From NCBI GenBank assembly GCA_037127815.1, contig JBAXXP010000001.1:232174-296173 (forward strand): a stretch of 64,000 nucleotides of DNA. Direction: 5' to 3'. The notes under the pieces are model-generated. The model made no database searches. It was not told where the DNA came from and saw nothing but the letters and a program-made list of their open reading frames with translations. Every line of letters starts with the position of its first letter. The first letter of the stretch is position 1. Positions 42,595-52,056 of the stretch are shown here, piece after piece. The DNA comes from a bacterium (GTDB taxonomy: Bacteria; Patescibacteriota; Minisyncoccia; Phycocordibacterales; CAIZLB01). The translations under genes and the position numbers were made by a program.

Positions 42595-44160
42595 ATGTAT
42601 ATGAAAAGCAAAACAGAGTTAAAAGTCAAAGTATCTACTAATCCTAAGGTAACAGAAAGTAATAAAAATTTGGGATTCTTTATTAAACAACTTCGAGAGG
42701 ATAGAAATCTAACTCAAACAGATTTTGCTAAGCTTTTGAAAACATCACAAAGTGCGGTAGCTAGGATTGAGAATGGGGGACAGAACATGACAACAGAAGA
42801 ATTGAATAGAATAAGTATTGCTCTTGGAAGAAAAATTATGACTATTTCAGATTCTATTGATGTAGAAATTAATGGGGGAAGAAAACTTTCTGGAACTATC
42901 GCAACGAATACATCTAAAAATGGGGCGCTTGGTCTTATTTGTGCATCACTTTTAAATAAAGGAAAAACTCGTCTGCATGGAATACCTCGTATTGAAGAGG
43001 TTCAAAGAATTATAGAATTAATGGAAAGTATTGGTATTTCAATAAAATGGATTGAAAAAAATACTTTGGAAATTATTGTTCCAAAAAAGTTAAAAACGGA
43101 GAATATGGATAAGGTCGCAGCAGGAAGAATTAGATCCGGCTTGATGATGATTGGCCCAATGATCCATCTAGAAAGTATATTTAAAATACCTCACTCAGGA
43201 GGTTGTAAAATGGGTCAAAGGACAATCTCTGCTCATAGATATGGTCTAGAAGATTTGGGTGTAAAAATTGATACAAAAGAGGATCATTATCTAATTCAAT
43301 CAAAAAAACTAGCGCCCGCTCATATTATAATGTCAGAGTCTTCCGATACTGCGGCCGAGAATTTATTAATGGCGGCAGCCCTAATAAAAGGGAAGACTAC
43401 AATTCAGTTTGCACCACCAAACTATCAGGTTCAGGAAGTATGTTTCTTTCTGGAAACCTTGGGTGTGAAAATTGAGGGCGTTGGTTCAACCACGTTAATC
43501 GTTCATGGAATTGATGAAATTAATATGGATGTTGATTATTATAATAGTGAAGATCCAACAGAATCTATGATGTTCATTACAGCAGGTATTGTAACTGGAT
43601 CTACTCTGACTATAACGAGATGTCCAATTGATTTTCTAGCCCTGGAAATGTTTAAGTTAAAAAAGATGGGATTGAAGTATAAGCAGACATCTGTTTATTA
43701 TGCTGTGAATGGTAGAACAAAATTAGTTGATATTACTATTTACCCATCAAAACTAGTTGCTCCACTTGATAAAATTTCAGCCCAACCATATCCTGGAATT
43801 AATACTGATAACCTGCCATTCTTTGTGCCAATTGCTGTGTTGGCTAAGGGGACAACTTTGATTCATGATTGGATGTGGGAGAATAGAGCAATTTATTTTA
43901 CAGAGTTAAATAGGCTTGGGGCCAATATCAACCTGGCGGATCCTCACAGAGTTTTTATTCAAGGGCCCACAGAATTGAAGGCTGCACAAATTGTTTGCCC
44001 TTTAGCACTACGCCCTGCAATGATTATTATGGTTGCCATGCTTGGAGCAAAAGGAAAATCTATTCTTAGAAACATTTACCCAATAAGCAGGGGGTATGAG
44101 GATATTGCTGAACGATTGAATGGAATAGGGGCGGACATTAAGGTGATAAAGGAGATATAG
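42595..44160 (+). CDS. murA: UDP-N-acetylglucosamine 1-carboxyvinyltransferase MurA fused to an N-terminal XRE/Cro-type HTH domain (about 85 aa)
   Basis: HTH: LTQTDFAKLLKTSQSAVARIENG. MurA: GGRKLSGTIATNTSKNGALGLICASLL, C-terminal RGYEDIAERLNGIGADI. Confidence 0.8.
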   Translation: MYMKSKTELKVKVSTNPKVTESNKNLGFFIKQLREDRNLTQTDFAKLLKTSQSAVARIENGGQNMTTEELNRISIALGRKIMTISDSIDVEINGGRKLSGTIATNTSKNGALGLICASLLNKGKTRLHGIPRIEEVQRIIELMESIGISIKWIEKNTLEIIVPKKLKTENMDKVAAGRIRSGLMMIGPMIHLESIFKIPHSGGCKMGQRTISAHRYGLEDLGVKIDTKEDHYLIQSKKLAPAHIIMSESSDTAAENLLMAAALIKGKTTIQFAPPNYQVQEVCFFLETLGVKIEGVGSTTLIVHGIDEINMDVDYYNSEDPTESMMFITAGIVTGSTLTITRCPIDFLALEMFKLKKMGLKYKQTSVYYAVNGRTKLVDITIYPSKLVAPLDKISAQPYPGINTDNLPFFVPIAVLAKGTTLIHDWMWENRAIYFTELNRLGANINLADPHRVFIQGPTELKAAQIVCPLALRPAMIIMVAMLGAKGKSILRNIYPISRGYEDIAERLNGIGADIKVIKEI

Positions 44161-44226
44161 TTTTTTAGATATATACAACTTAAGTAAGTGGTTTAGCGAG
44201 AGGTTTGATACAATTATTTTACATAC

Positions 44227-44255
44227 TTGCAAAATACATGCATTTTGCATATAAT
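44227..44255 (+). promoter_or_regulatory. Promoter TTGCAA-17-TATAAT with embedded operator palindrome TGCAAAAT-N6-ATTTTGCA; ATG of antitoxin 6 nt downstream of -10
   Basis: Direct reading. Confidence 0.55.
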
Positions 44256-44261
44256 ATATGT

Positions 44262-44537
44262 ATGACTACAAACGTACAAATAAGAGTAGACACAAAGTTA
44301 AAGAATGAGGCAGAAAAGACTTTGAATAAACTGGGTCTGGATTTACCTACGGCTTTTAGAATTTTCCTAAATAAAATAAACATTACTGGGGGAATACCTT
44401 TTCCTGTAAATAATGATAGTTATTTCAATTATACAAAAGAACAGGAGGATGAGATACTGGATGCCTATAAAAATGGTAAAAGATCAAAGGAGTTTAAAAA
44501 TGCCAAGGAATTAATTAAGCATCTAAGGTCTCAATAA
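44262..44537 (+). CDS. RelB/DinJ-family antitoxin (ORF track start 44205 is TTG; in-frame ATG at 44262)
   Basis: VQIRVDTKLKNEAEKTLNKLGLDLPTAFRIFLNKI resembles DinJ (ARIDEDLKNQAADVLAGMGLTISDLVRITLTKV). Confidence 0.6.
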   Translation: MTTNVQIRVDTKLKNEAEKTLNKLGLDLPTAFRIFLNKINITGGIPFPVNNDSYFNYTKEQEDEILDAYKNGKRSKEFKNAKELIKHLRSQ

Positions 44538-44540
44538 AAA

Positions 44541-44801
44541 ATGAAGATAGTTACTACAGATAAGTATGATAAAAAATATAAAAAACTAAGTAATAATCTA
44601 AAAGATAAGATAGATAGAGCACTGGAGAAATTTGCAAAAGATCCTTTTGACCCATCTCTACTAAACCATGGTCTACAAGGAGGACTTAATGGTTTTAACT
44701 CTATTAAGGCAGGTTTTGATTTAAGAATTATTCTTAAGGAAGAGAATGGTTATATATTGGTTTTACTGATTGATTTAGGAAAACATGATCATGTTTATTA
44801 G
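44541..44801 (+). CDS. RelE/YafQ-family mRNA interferase toxin
   Basis: 86 aa; basic N-terminus, HGLQGGLNGFNSIKAGFDLRIIL...LIDLGKHDHVY pattern typical of YafQ/RelE; 3 nt after antitoxin stop. Confidence 0.6.
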   Translation: MKIVTTDKYDKKYKKLSNNLKDKIDRALEKFAKDPFDPSLLNHGLQGGLNGFNSIKAGFDLRIILKEENGYILVLLIDLGKHDHVY

Positions 44802-44904
44802 ACCGTGTTATTATAAAACCTCTGTTAAATCCCTAAGGCCTTTATTTTTAGGCGTTTTTATGCTAGGATGTGAATCTAATTAAAAATAAATTAAATTAAA
44901 CATT

Positions 44905-46323
44905 ATGCACCTTGGTAAAAAGACTAAAATAGTGGCTACAATCGGCCCTGTTACGGAATCGACAGAACAATTAAAAAAGATGTTAAAGGCAGGAATGAAC
45001 GTTATGAGAATGAACTTCTCTCACGGAGATTTTGCTGAACATCAAGCAAAGTTCAATAACCTTAAAAAGGCTATTGAGGAAACAGGTATGCCTTGCGCAA
45101 TCATGCAAGACCTTTCTGGTCCAAAGTTTAGAATCGGAGATTTCTACCAAGATCGTGTAACTCTAAAAAAAGGAGATTTTATTACTCTAACTCCTGAGAA
45201 AATTGTTGGAGATGAAAAACGTGTTTCAATTAACTACCCAACACTTCACCTAGAACTTAAGGTGGGAAATATAATAATGGTTGATGATGGTAAGAAACAA
45301 TTCCAAGTTGTTGAAATAAAGGGAAGTGAGATTAAGTGTAAAATTCTAATCGGAGGTGAGACAAAAGGCAGACGTGGAGTAAATCTTCCAGGTGCATACC
45401 TTAAGGTTAGTTCTCTTACAGAAAAAGATAAGAAGGATATTGCTTTTGGAATCAAAAATAAAGTTGATATTGTTGCCTTTTCTTTTGTTAGAACAGGGGA
45501 TGACGTTAAAGAGCTAAGAGGAATTCTTGATAAAGCAAAGTCTAAAGCTATGATTATGGCAAAGATTGAAACACAAGAGGCAGTGGACAATATCGATGAG
45601 ATTATCGCACTTTCTGATGCTGTGATGGTTGCTCGTGGGGACTTGGCTGTGGAGATTGGATATGAAAATACACCACTTGTACAGAAGATGATTATCAAGA
45701 AGGCTAATGAAGCTGGAAAGCCAGTTGTTACTGCAACTCAAATGTTGGAATCTATGATTAAGTCTCCAGTTCCTACTCGTGCTGAGGTATCTGATATTGC
45801 CAATGCAATCCTTGATGGAACAGATGCTGTTATGCTTTCTGAGGAATCAACTCTTGGGGATTACCCAATTGAAGCTGTTGAAATGATGTCAACTATCGCA
45901 CTTAAGGTTGAGAATTCAGAACACCATGCAGAGATGTTGTGGGGAATGCAAGCGCATCACATAGGTGTTGGACATTCAACAACTCTTGCTGCTATGGAGG
46001 CTGCTGAGAAGGTTGATGCAAAGTATATTGTTACTCTAACTGAGTACGGATATGCTGCAAGAATGGTTTCAAGAAATAGAGGTCATCAACCAATTCTTGT
46101 TTTAACTCCAAATCCTGTTTTGTTTAATCAAGCATGTCTGATTTACGGTTGTTATCCAATAATGGATGCAAAGCATAAGACTTTTGAAGAAGCTTTTGCA
46201 AACGTTAGACCATTGCTTACAAAGAACAAGCTTGTAAAGAAGGGGGATAGAGTAGTAGTTGTATCTGGAATGCCATTTGCAAAGACTGAAGAGTCAAATG
46301 TTATGTTGATAGAGACAATCTAG
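44905..46323 (+). CDS. pyk: Pyruvate kinase
   Basis: KIVATIGPVTES...MNVMRMNFSHGD...VMVARGDLAVEIG motifs. Confidence 0.9.
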   Translation: MHLGKKTKIVATIGPVTESTEQLKKMLKAGMNVMRMNFSHGDFAEHQAKFNNLKKAIEETGMPCAIMQDLSGPKFRIGDFYQDRVTLKKGDFITLTPEKIVGDEKRVSINYPTLHLELKVGNIIMVDDGKKQFQVVEIKGSEIKCKILIGGETKGRRGVNLPGAYLKVSSLTEKDKKDIAFGIKNKVDIVAFSFVRTGDDVKELRGILDKAKSKAMIMAKIETQEAVDNIDEIIALSDAVMVARGDLAVEIGYENTPLVQKMIIKKANEAGKPVVTATQMLESMIKSPVPTRAEVSDIANAILDGTDAVMLSEESTLGDYPIEAVEMMSTIALKVENSEHHAEMLWGMQAHHIGVGHSTTLAAMEAAEKVDAKYIVTLTEYGYAARMVSRNRGHQPILVLTPNPVLFNQACLIYGCYPIMDAKHKTFEEAFANVRPLLTKNKLVKKGDRVVVVSGMPFAKTEESNVMLIETI

Positions 46324-46411
46324 TTTAAGGATTAAACTTAAAACATATAAAAAGTCATGTTTACAAAAGACCTCAGAGATGAGGTCTTTTGTATTAGTAT
46401 TTGGTTAATTT

Positions 46412-47302
46412 TTGAATAGATATAAAAATACATTCCTGGTGCATCTTGTGTCACTACATAAAATCTCCAGTTTTTCTTTAGAATTTCTTTATAGAAACTT
46501 TAGAACTATTTGCTATAGTATTCTGGTTATGAAAAATTCATCAAATAAATTAGTTCCTTATGTTATTAAAGATACAGACCTGATTATGTCATCAGTCCCA
46601 GAGCCTGGGGAAGGTAGCGTTCGTGTCTATGACTTACGCTTTAGAGATTTACCTCAAGAGGAAAAACCGCGAGAAAAATTAATTGCATACGGCCCAGCCC
46701 CACTTTCTCTAGCAGAGCTTGTTGCAATTGTTCTAAATGTTGGAACAAAAGCAGAAGACGTACTATCTATGTCCAAACGTCTTGTAAAGGAATATGGAGT
46801 AAGTGCATTGTCTTCACAAATTAATCCAGAACAACTTTCACAGGACTTGAATATTCCCTTAGGAAAAGCGTGTCAAATAGTTGCGTGCAGTGAAATTGGC
46901 AGGCGTCTTTATAAAAAGAATGATATCGGTCTTGCTGTTATAAGGACAGCAAAAGATGCCTATGATTATTTGGTAGATATGCATTCTTTACCCAAAGAGC
47001 AATTAAGAGGCATATATTTAGATACTCACAATAGAGTTATTCATGATGAGGTCATTTCTATTGGAACTATTAATACAAACATTGTTCACCCAAGAGAAGT
47101 TTTTAGACCAGCCCTTGAGTATGGTGCTGTTGCGGTTGTTTTGGCACATAACCATCCGTCAGGTGTAGTTACTCCAAGTACAGCGGACATTGAAATTACA
47201 AAGCAGTTGGTGCAAGCTGGAAGAATTATTGGTATTCATGTTTTAGACCATGTTGTAATTATTAAAGAAGGTTTTCAAAGCATAGGGGTTGATTATCAGT
47301 AA
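46412..47302 (+). CDS. radC: RadC-like JAB-domain protein (true start probably internal, around 46586)
   Basis: HNHPSGVVTPSTADIEITKQL JAMM motif; PREKLIAYGPAPLSLAELVAIVL N-terminal HhH region. Confidence 0.75.
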   Translation: MNRYKNTFLVHLVSLHKISSFSLEFLYRNFRTICYSILVMKNSSNKLVPYVIKDTDLIMSSVPEPGEGSVRVYDLRFRDLPQEEKPREKLIAYGPAPLSLAELVAIVLNVGTKAEDVLSMSKRLVKEYGVSALSSQINPEQLSQDLNIPLGKACQIVACSEIGRRLYKKNDIGLAVIRTAKDAYDYLVDMHSLPKEQLRGIYLDTHNRVIHDEVISIGTINTNIVHPREVFRPALEYGAVAVVLAHNHPSGVVTPSTADIEITKQLVQAGRIIGIHVLDHVVIIKEGFQSIGVDYQ

Positions 47303-47322
47303 AAATGTAATACAATCAGACT

Positions 47323-48030
47323 ATGTCAACACTTTATGTAGTCGGAACTCCAATAGGAAACCTAGAAGATATCACTATGCGCGCTATACGTGTATTAGGA
47401 GAGGTTGATTTGATTTTATGTGAAGACACTAGAACAAGTAGAACTCTACTAAATAAATATGAAATCAAAACAGCTACAATGTCTTTTCATACTCATAGTG
47501 GATTAGCTAAGATTGATAAGATAATAGAAATGTTAAAAGAAGGGAAGGACCTGGCGCTTATTACAGACGCCGGGACTCCCGCAATCTCTGACCCTGGATC
47601 TCTGCTTGTTTCAAAGGTAAGAGAGGTATTGGGTGATGATGTTGAAATCAAAGCTGTACCTGGACCATCTGCTTTAACTGCTGCACTTTCAATTGTTGGA
47701 CTTCCAGACCACCAATTTACATTTATTGGTTTTTTACCTCATAAAAAAGGTAGAGAAACTCTATTTAATAAAATTGCAGAAGCAAAGAAGGAATCTTTTG
47801 TGTTTTATGAGTCAACACACAGAATAGAAAAAACCCTGGAGTCATTAAAGGAATATTTTGAAAAGTCAGAAACTCCTAATAGAAAAATATACCTAGCCCG
47901 CGAGCTTACAAAAATGTTTGAGGAATGTGCTGTTGGAACCGCAGAAGAATTGATTGATAGAATAAAATTAGATAGCAATAAATTAAGAGGGGAGTTTGTT
48001 GTTATTGTTGGACCAAATTTTACACAATAA
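47323..48030 (+). CDS. rsmI: 16S rRNA (cytidine1402-2'-O)-methyltransferase RsmI (tetrapyrrole-methylase fold)
   Basis: MSTLYVVGTPIGNLEDITMRAIRVLGEVDLILCEDTRTSRTLL. Confidence 0.8.
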   Translation: MSTLYVVGTPIGNLEDITMRAIRVLGEVDLILCEDTRTSRTLLNKYEIKTATMSFHTHSGLAKIDKIIEMLKEGKDLALITDAGTPAISDPGSLLVSKVREVLGDDVEIKAVPGPSALTAALSIVGLPDHQFTFIGFLPHKKGRETLFNKIAEAKKESFVFYESTHRIEKTLESLKEYFEKSETPNRKIYLARELTKMFEECAVGTAEELIDRIKLDSNKLRGEFVVIVGPNFTQ

Positions 48031-48243
48031 ACGAAACGTATTAGAGTTGCCTAGGTTATTTTATAATCGCCCATGCGAGATAGTCTAAAATTGGAACTAT
48101 TATCAATTTTTGCTATACTGACTACATGAAAAAAATAAGGACTGTTCTCATTGTATTGGGTCTGGTTATTGCTTTGGTTCCGGTATTTCTATCAGTTGCA
48201 GGAGGCTTTAAGAATTTAGTAATTGAGGCACTCGGTTTATTAG

Positions 48244-49794
48244 TTGCTGTTTTATCTTATCTATACGTTCATGAACAGCAAAAAAAGAACTAACAGTTCA
48301 AAGAATCTAAAATATATTAAACATCTTCTTGGAGGCAAGAACGTGCCTTTTATTTTAGGTGGGTTATTTTTATTAACCATAGTTTTGTTTGTTTTACCTA
48401 ATATCCTTTCTGTAACTTTTGATGCGAGTCACATGAAGGCAAAGGTTAGTGATTCTGTTTCAGCATCAGCGTTAGGTCAATCAGCCTCAACGTCGAGCGA
48501 TACAAATCAGGTTCTATCGGCAAGCGCCATTGCATCTTCATCGTCAATTATTGCCTTTGATCCAAATAGTTCAATCATACAAACTCAAGCCGGCGCAACT
48601 CATTTAAAGACACCTGTAGCACTTAAGGCTGTCTATATGTCTAGTTGGGTTGCTGGATCAAATGATTTTAAAAATAGAATAAAAAAAATGATTGCGGATT
48701 CTGAATTAAATGCCGTTGTCATAGACTTTAAGGATTCAACAGGAATGCTTTCTGCAAAAACAGGTGTACCTGAAATTGATAATGAGGGATGTACCGAGAA
48801 TAGAATTAGTGACATCAAAGGTCTTATAAAGGAATTTCATGATTTAAATATTTATGTAATCGCAAGAGTCGCTGTTTTTCAGGATTCTTGTCTAGCTAAA
48901 AAACATCCAGAATATTCTGTAAAAAGAAAAAGCGATGGTCTTATTTGGAAGGATAGAAAAGGGATGTCTTGGATGTACGCTGGATCAAAAGAAGTTTGGG
49001 ATTACAATATAAAAATTGCCAGGGTTGCATATTCAATAGGTTTTGATGAAGTTAATCTGGACTATATAAGATTCCCGTCAGATGGAAACATGAAGGATCT
49101 AAGCTATCCGGTAGCTATTGTTAATGACCCAATTGCACAAAAACCAAAACCAGCTGTAGTTAAGGCGCCAAAGGTAAGCACTAAAGCTGGTACTAAAATT
49201 TCCAACAAAGCTTCTGTTATTGTAGCTGTTGCAGCTACTACCACTGAACTGATACCAATAACTGAAGCTACCGTTATCTCCACAACTACCATCGCATATG
49301 ATGATTTAAGTTTAAATACTAGGGCTAATATATTATCGAGATTCTTTACCTACATGGATGGCGAGCTTAGAAAAAGTGGAGACAATAGACCTAAAATTTC
49401 TGCTGATGTTTTTGGAATGGTTGCAACAAATACAGATGACTTGGGTATCGGTCAATTACTAGAAAAGATTTTACCTCATGTTGATTATGTTTCTCCTATG
49501 GTTTATCCATCGCACTTTGGACCAGGTTGGAACGGTTACACAAAGCCTGCAACCAGACCTTATGATGTTATATTTGTTTCAATGAGTAAGGCAGTTGCAC
49601 GAGCAAAGGCAATAGGTCAGGATCCTTTAAAATTAAGACCATGGCTTCAAGATTTTAATATGGGTGCAACATATACTCCCGCAATGGTTAAGGCTCAGAT
49701 TACAGCAGCATACGACGCTGGGCTTACTAGTTGGATGATGTGGGACCCCGGAAATAAATATAGTAGTACAAAACCTATTCTATTACAGAAATAA
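48244..49794 (+). CDS. Hypothetical membrane-anchored protein with putative glycoside-hydrolase-like (DUF4015-type) TIM-barrel domain split by a Thr/Ala/Val-rich linker
   Basis: YVIARVAVFQD...GMSWMYAGSKEVWDYNIKIARVAYSIGFDEVNLDYIRFPSDG pattern; TTG start in track. Confidence 0.4.
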   Translation: MLFYLIYTFMNSKKRTNSSKNLKYIKHLLGGKNVPFILGGLFLLTIVLFVLPNILSVTFDASHMKAKVSDSVSASALGQSASTSSDTNQVLSASAIASSSSIIAFDPNSSIIQTQAGATHLKTPVALKAVYMSSWVAGSNDFKNRIKKMIADSELNAVVIDFKDSTGMLSAKTGVPEIDNEGCTENRISDIKGLIKEFHDLNIYVIARVAVFQDSCLAKKHPEYSVKRKSDGLIWKDRKGMSWMYAGSKEVWDYNIKIARVAYSIGFDEVNLDYIRFPSDGNMKDLSYPVAIVNDPIAQKPKPAVVKAPKVSTKAGTKISNKASVIVAVAATTTELIPITEATVISTTTIAYDDLSLNTRANILSRFFTYMDGELRKSGDNRPKISADVFGMVATNTDDLGIGQLLEKILPHVDYVSPMVYPSHFGPGWNGYTKPATRPYDVIFVSMSKAVARAKAIGQDPLKLRPWLQDFNMGATYTPAMVKAQITAAYDAGLTSWMMWDPGNKYSSTKPILLQK

Positions 49795-49899
49795 TTTCAA
49801 TTTTAAAAGTAATGAATCTTGCAGAGGTGTGATATTCACATAGCGTTAAAACTTTTTTGGCATTATACTGTATACAGTAATCTATACATTAATTAATAT

Positions 49900-51990
49900 A
49901 TGCAAGACGATGAAAAAGTAACATACTTCGCAGAGACTGATGCTAGAAATAAGCATATTCGTTTTGGTATTAAGGCAAAGGATAGAGCTCGCCATGTTTA
50001 TACTATTGGAAAGACAGGTATGGGTAAATCAACTCTACTTGAAAATCTAGCTATACAAGACATTCAGAACGGTGAAGGAATTGCCTTTGTTGATCCACAT
50101 GGAAAGTCTGCGGATTTACTTTTAGAGTACATTCCAGAACATCGTAAAAAAGACGTTGTATACTTTGCTCCCTTTGACCTTGATTTTCCTATTGCTTTTA
50201 ATGTTCTTGAGGATGTTGGTATCACAAAGAGACACCTTGTTGCAAATGGTTTGATGAGTGCGTTTAAGACAATCTGGGCTGATGCTTTTTCTGCCAGAAT
50301 GGAATATATTTTAAATAATATAATGCTTGCTCTTTTGGAGTACCCTGGTTCAACACTGATGTCAGTTAACAGAATGCTTACAGACAAGGAATTTAGAGCC
50401 ACTATTGTTGCTAATGTTACAGACCCTACTGTTAAGGCTTTTTGGATTGATGAATATGGAAAGTATACAGAAAAATTTGCAGCAGAAGCGGCTCCTGCAA
50501 TTCAAAACAAAGTTGGACAATTTGTTGGTAACCCACTTGTTAGAAACATTATTGGTCAACCTGTATCTGGTTTTGATATTAGAGAGATAATGGATAATAA
50601 GAAAATTTTGATAATCAACTTATCAAAAGGACGAGTAGGCGAGGCAAATGCAAATCTTTTGGGAGCAATGTTAATTACAAAAATTTATCTTGCAGCTATG
50701 TCTCGTGCTGATTTGAAAGAGGAAGATATAAAAAAAGCACCTCAGTTTTATTTATATGTGGACGAGTTTCAAAACTTTGCAAATGACTCTTTTGCTGACA
50801 TTTTATCTGAAGCTAGAAAATATAAATTAAGTTTAACTATTGCAAATCAATACGTAGAACAAATGCCAGAAGAAGTTAGGGCTGCTGTTTTTGGAAACGT
50901 AGGAACAATGATTACTTTTAGAATTGGGGCTTATGATGCTGCCGTTTTTGAAAAGGAATACGCACCAGAGTTTACAGCAGAGGATTTGGTGAACCTGCAG
51001 CAATATCAAATGTATTTGAAGTTAATGATCGATGGAGTTACATCTCGTCCATTTTCTGCAATCGGCATGGCTCCAATTAAGAAGCCGGAGGTTTCCTATG
51101 TTGAAGAAATTCTTAATCTCTCGCGAGCTCAATTTGCTAACCCAAGAGAAAAAATTGAAGAAGACATCAGAAATTGGCACGTTGAAAAGATTGGCGTAAA
51201 GACACCTTCTAAAACATCAATAACTACTGGGTCTACAGATAGAGGTGATGACAGACCAAGTGCAAGAGCGAGTGATAGGGTTGCCGAGAGGGATGGCGAT
51301 AGATCCAGCTCAAGAACATCAAGTAGAGCTCGTGATGATGGTAGGTCCAGCATGGGGTCTGGTGATAGGTCAAGTCTTAGGTCTGGTGAAAGATCTGTAA
51401 GCAGACAGTCTGATAGACCTACACAAAGCTCAATTTCCGAAAGATTAGATGATAATAGACCTGATTTAAGATTGGTACAAAAACCTGTGGTTTCCAATGT
51501 TGAGAGGACAGCTGAAAAACCTAGAGAAAAAATAGTAAAATCTGAAAGTATACCTGCCAATGAAGTTATTTCATTGCCGCCGCAACAAAAAACACAGTCA
51601 ATCGCACAACATCCTGTGTATATACCTAAACCTGTATTAGTGCCACAGCCTGCATTGGTCAAACCACAACCCGTCCGCCCCGTTTCTTTGAATTCACTAG
51701 CTGGCGCAACTGAAAATAAATTTAAAAATAATCAAAAGGAAATCAAACCAGAAAATGTTGCCGCACTGAGGAATGCTTTGCTTTCGGTAATGGGGGAGAG
51801 TTCTTCATCTATTCAAAATGTAGAAAAACAAACAGAGCAGGGTTCAAAAAACGAATCAGTAAAAAGCGAACCTGAAAAAAATGAATCTGTAAATAATAAT
51901 AGAAGGGAAGCAGAACAAAATATTTCTAATAGAAGAAATGGTGAATTGACACCGGATGCATTAAAGAGAATATTGGATATTGAACAGTAG
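49900..51990 (+). CDS. VirD4/TraD/TraG-family (type IV coupling-protein-like) P-loop ATPase without TM segments, with about 280-aa disordered Arg/Ser/Asp-rich C-terminal tail
   Basis: Walker A GKTGMGKST; FYLYVDEFQNFANDSFADILSEARKYKLSLTIANQYVEQM (TraG-D_C-like); tail DRGDDRPSARASDRVAERDGDRSSSRTSSRARDDGRSS. Confidence 0.55.
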   Translation: MQDDEKVTYFAETDARNKHIRFGIKAKDRARHVYTIGKTGMGKSTLLENLAIQDIQNGEGIAFVDPHGKSADLLLEYIPEHRKKDVVYFAPFDLDFPIAFNVLEDVGITKRHLVANGLMSAFKTIWADAFSARMEYILNNIMLALLEYPGSTLMSVNRMLTDKEFRATIVANVTDPTVKAFWIDEYGKYTEKFAAEAAPAIQNKVGQFVGNPLVRNIIGQPVSGFDIREIMDNKKILIINLSKGRVGEANANLLGAMLITKIYLAAMSRADLKEEDIKKAPQFYLYVDEFQNFANDSFADILSEARKYKLSLTIANQYVEQMPEEVRAAVFGNVGTMITFRIGAYDAAVFEKEYAPEFTAEDLVNLQQYQMYLKLMIDGVTSRPFSAIGMAPIKKPEVSYVEEILNLSRAQFANPREKIEEDIRNWHVEKIGVKTPSKTSITTGSTDRGDDRPSARASDRVAERDGDRSSSRTSSRARDDGRSSMGSGDRSSLRSGERSVSRQSDRPTQSSISERLDDNRPDLRLVQKPVVSNVERTAEKPREKIVKSESIPANEVISLPPQQKTQSIAQHPVYIPKPVLVPQPALVKPQPVRPVSLNSLAGATENKFKNNQKEIKPENVAALRNALLSVMGESSSSIQNVEKQTEQGSKNESVKSEPEKNESVNNNRREAEQNISNRRNGELTPDALKRILDIEQ

Positions 51991-52038
51991 AAAAACTAAT
52001 TGAAAGAAACTGGATTGAAGAAAACACACTAATAACAG

Positions 52039-52056
52039 AAAAAAAAAGGGGGGGGG
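52039..52056. repeat. Homopolymer pair A9 G9 immediately 3' of the fucosyltransferase stop codon (between convergent genes)
   Basis: Direct reading: AAAAAAAAAGGGGGGGGG. Confidence 0.9.
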
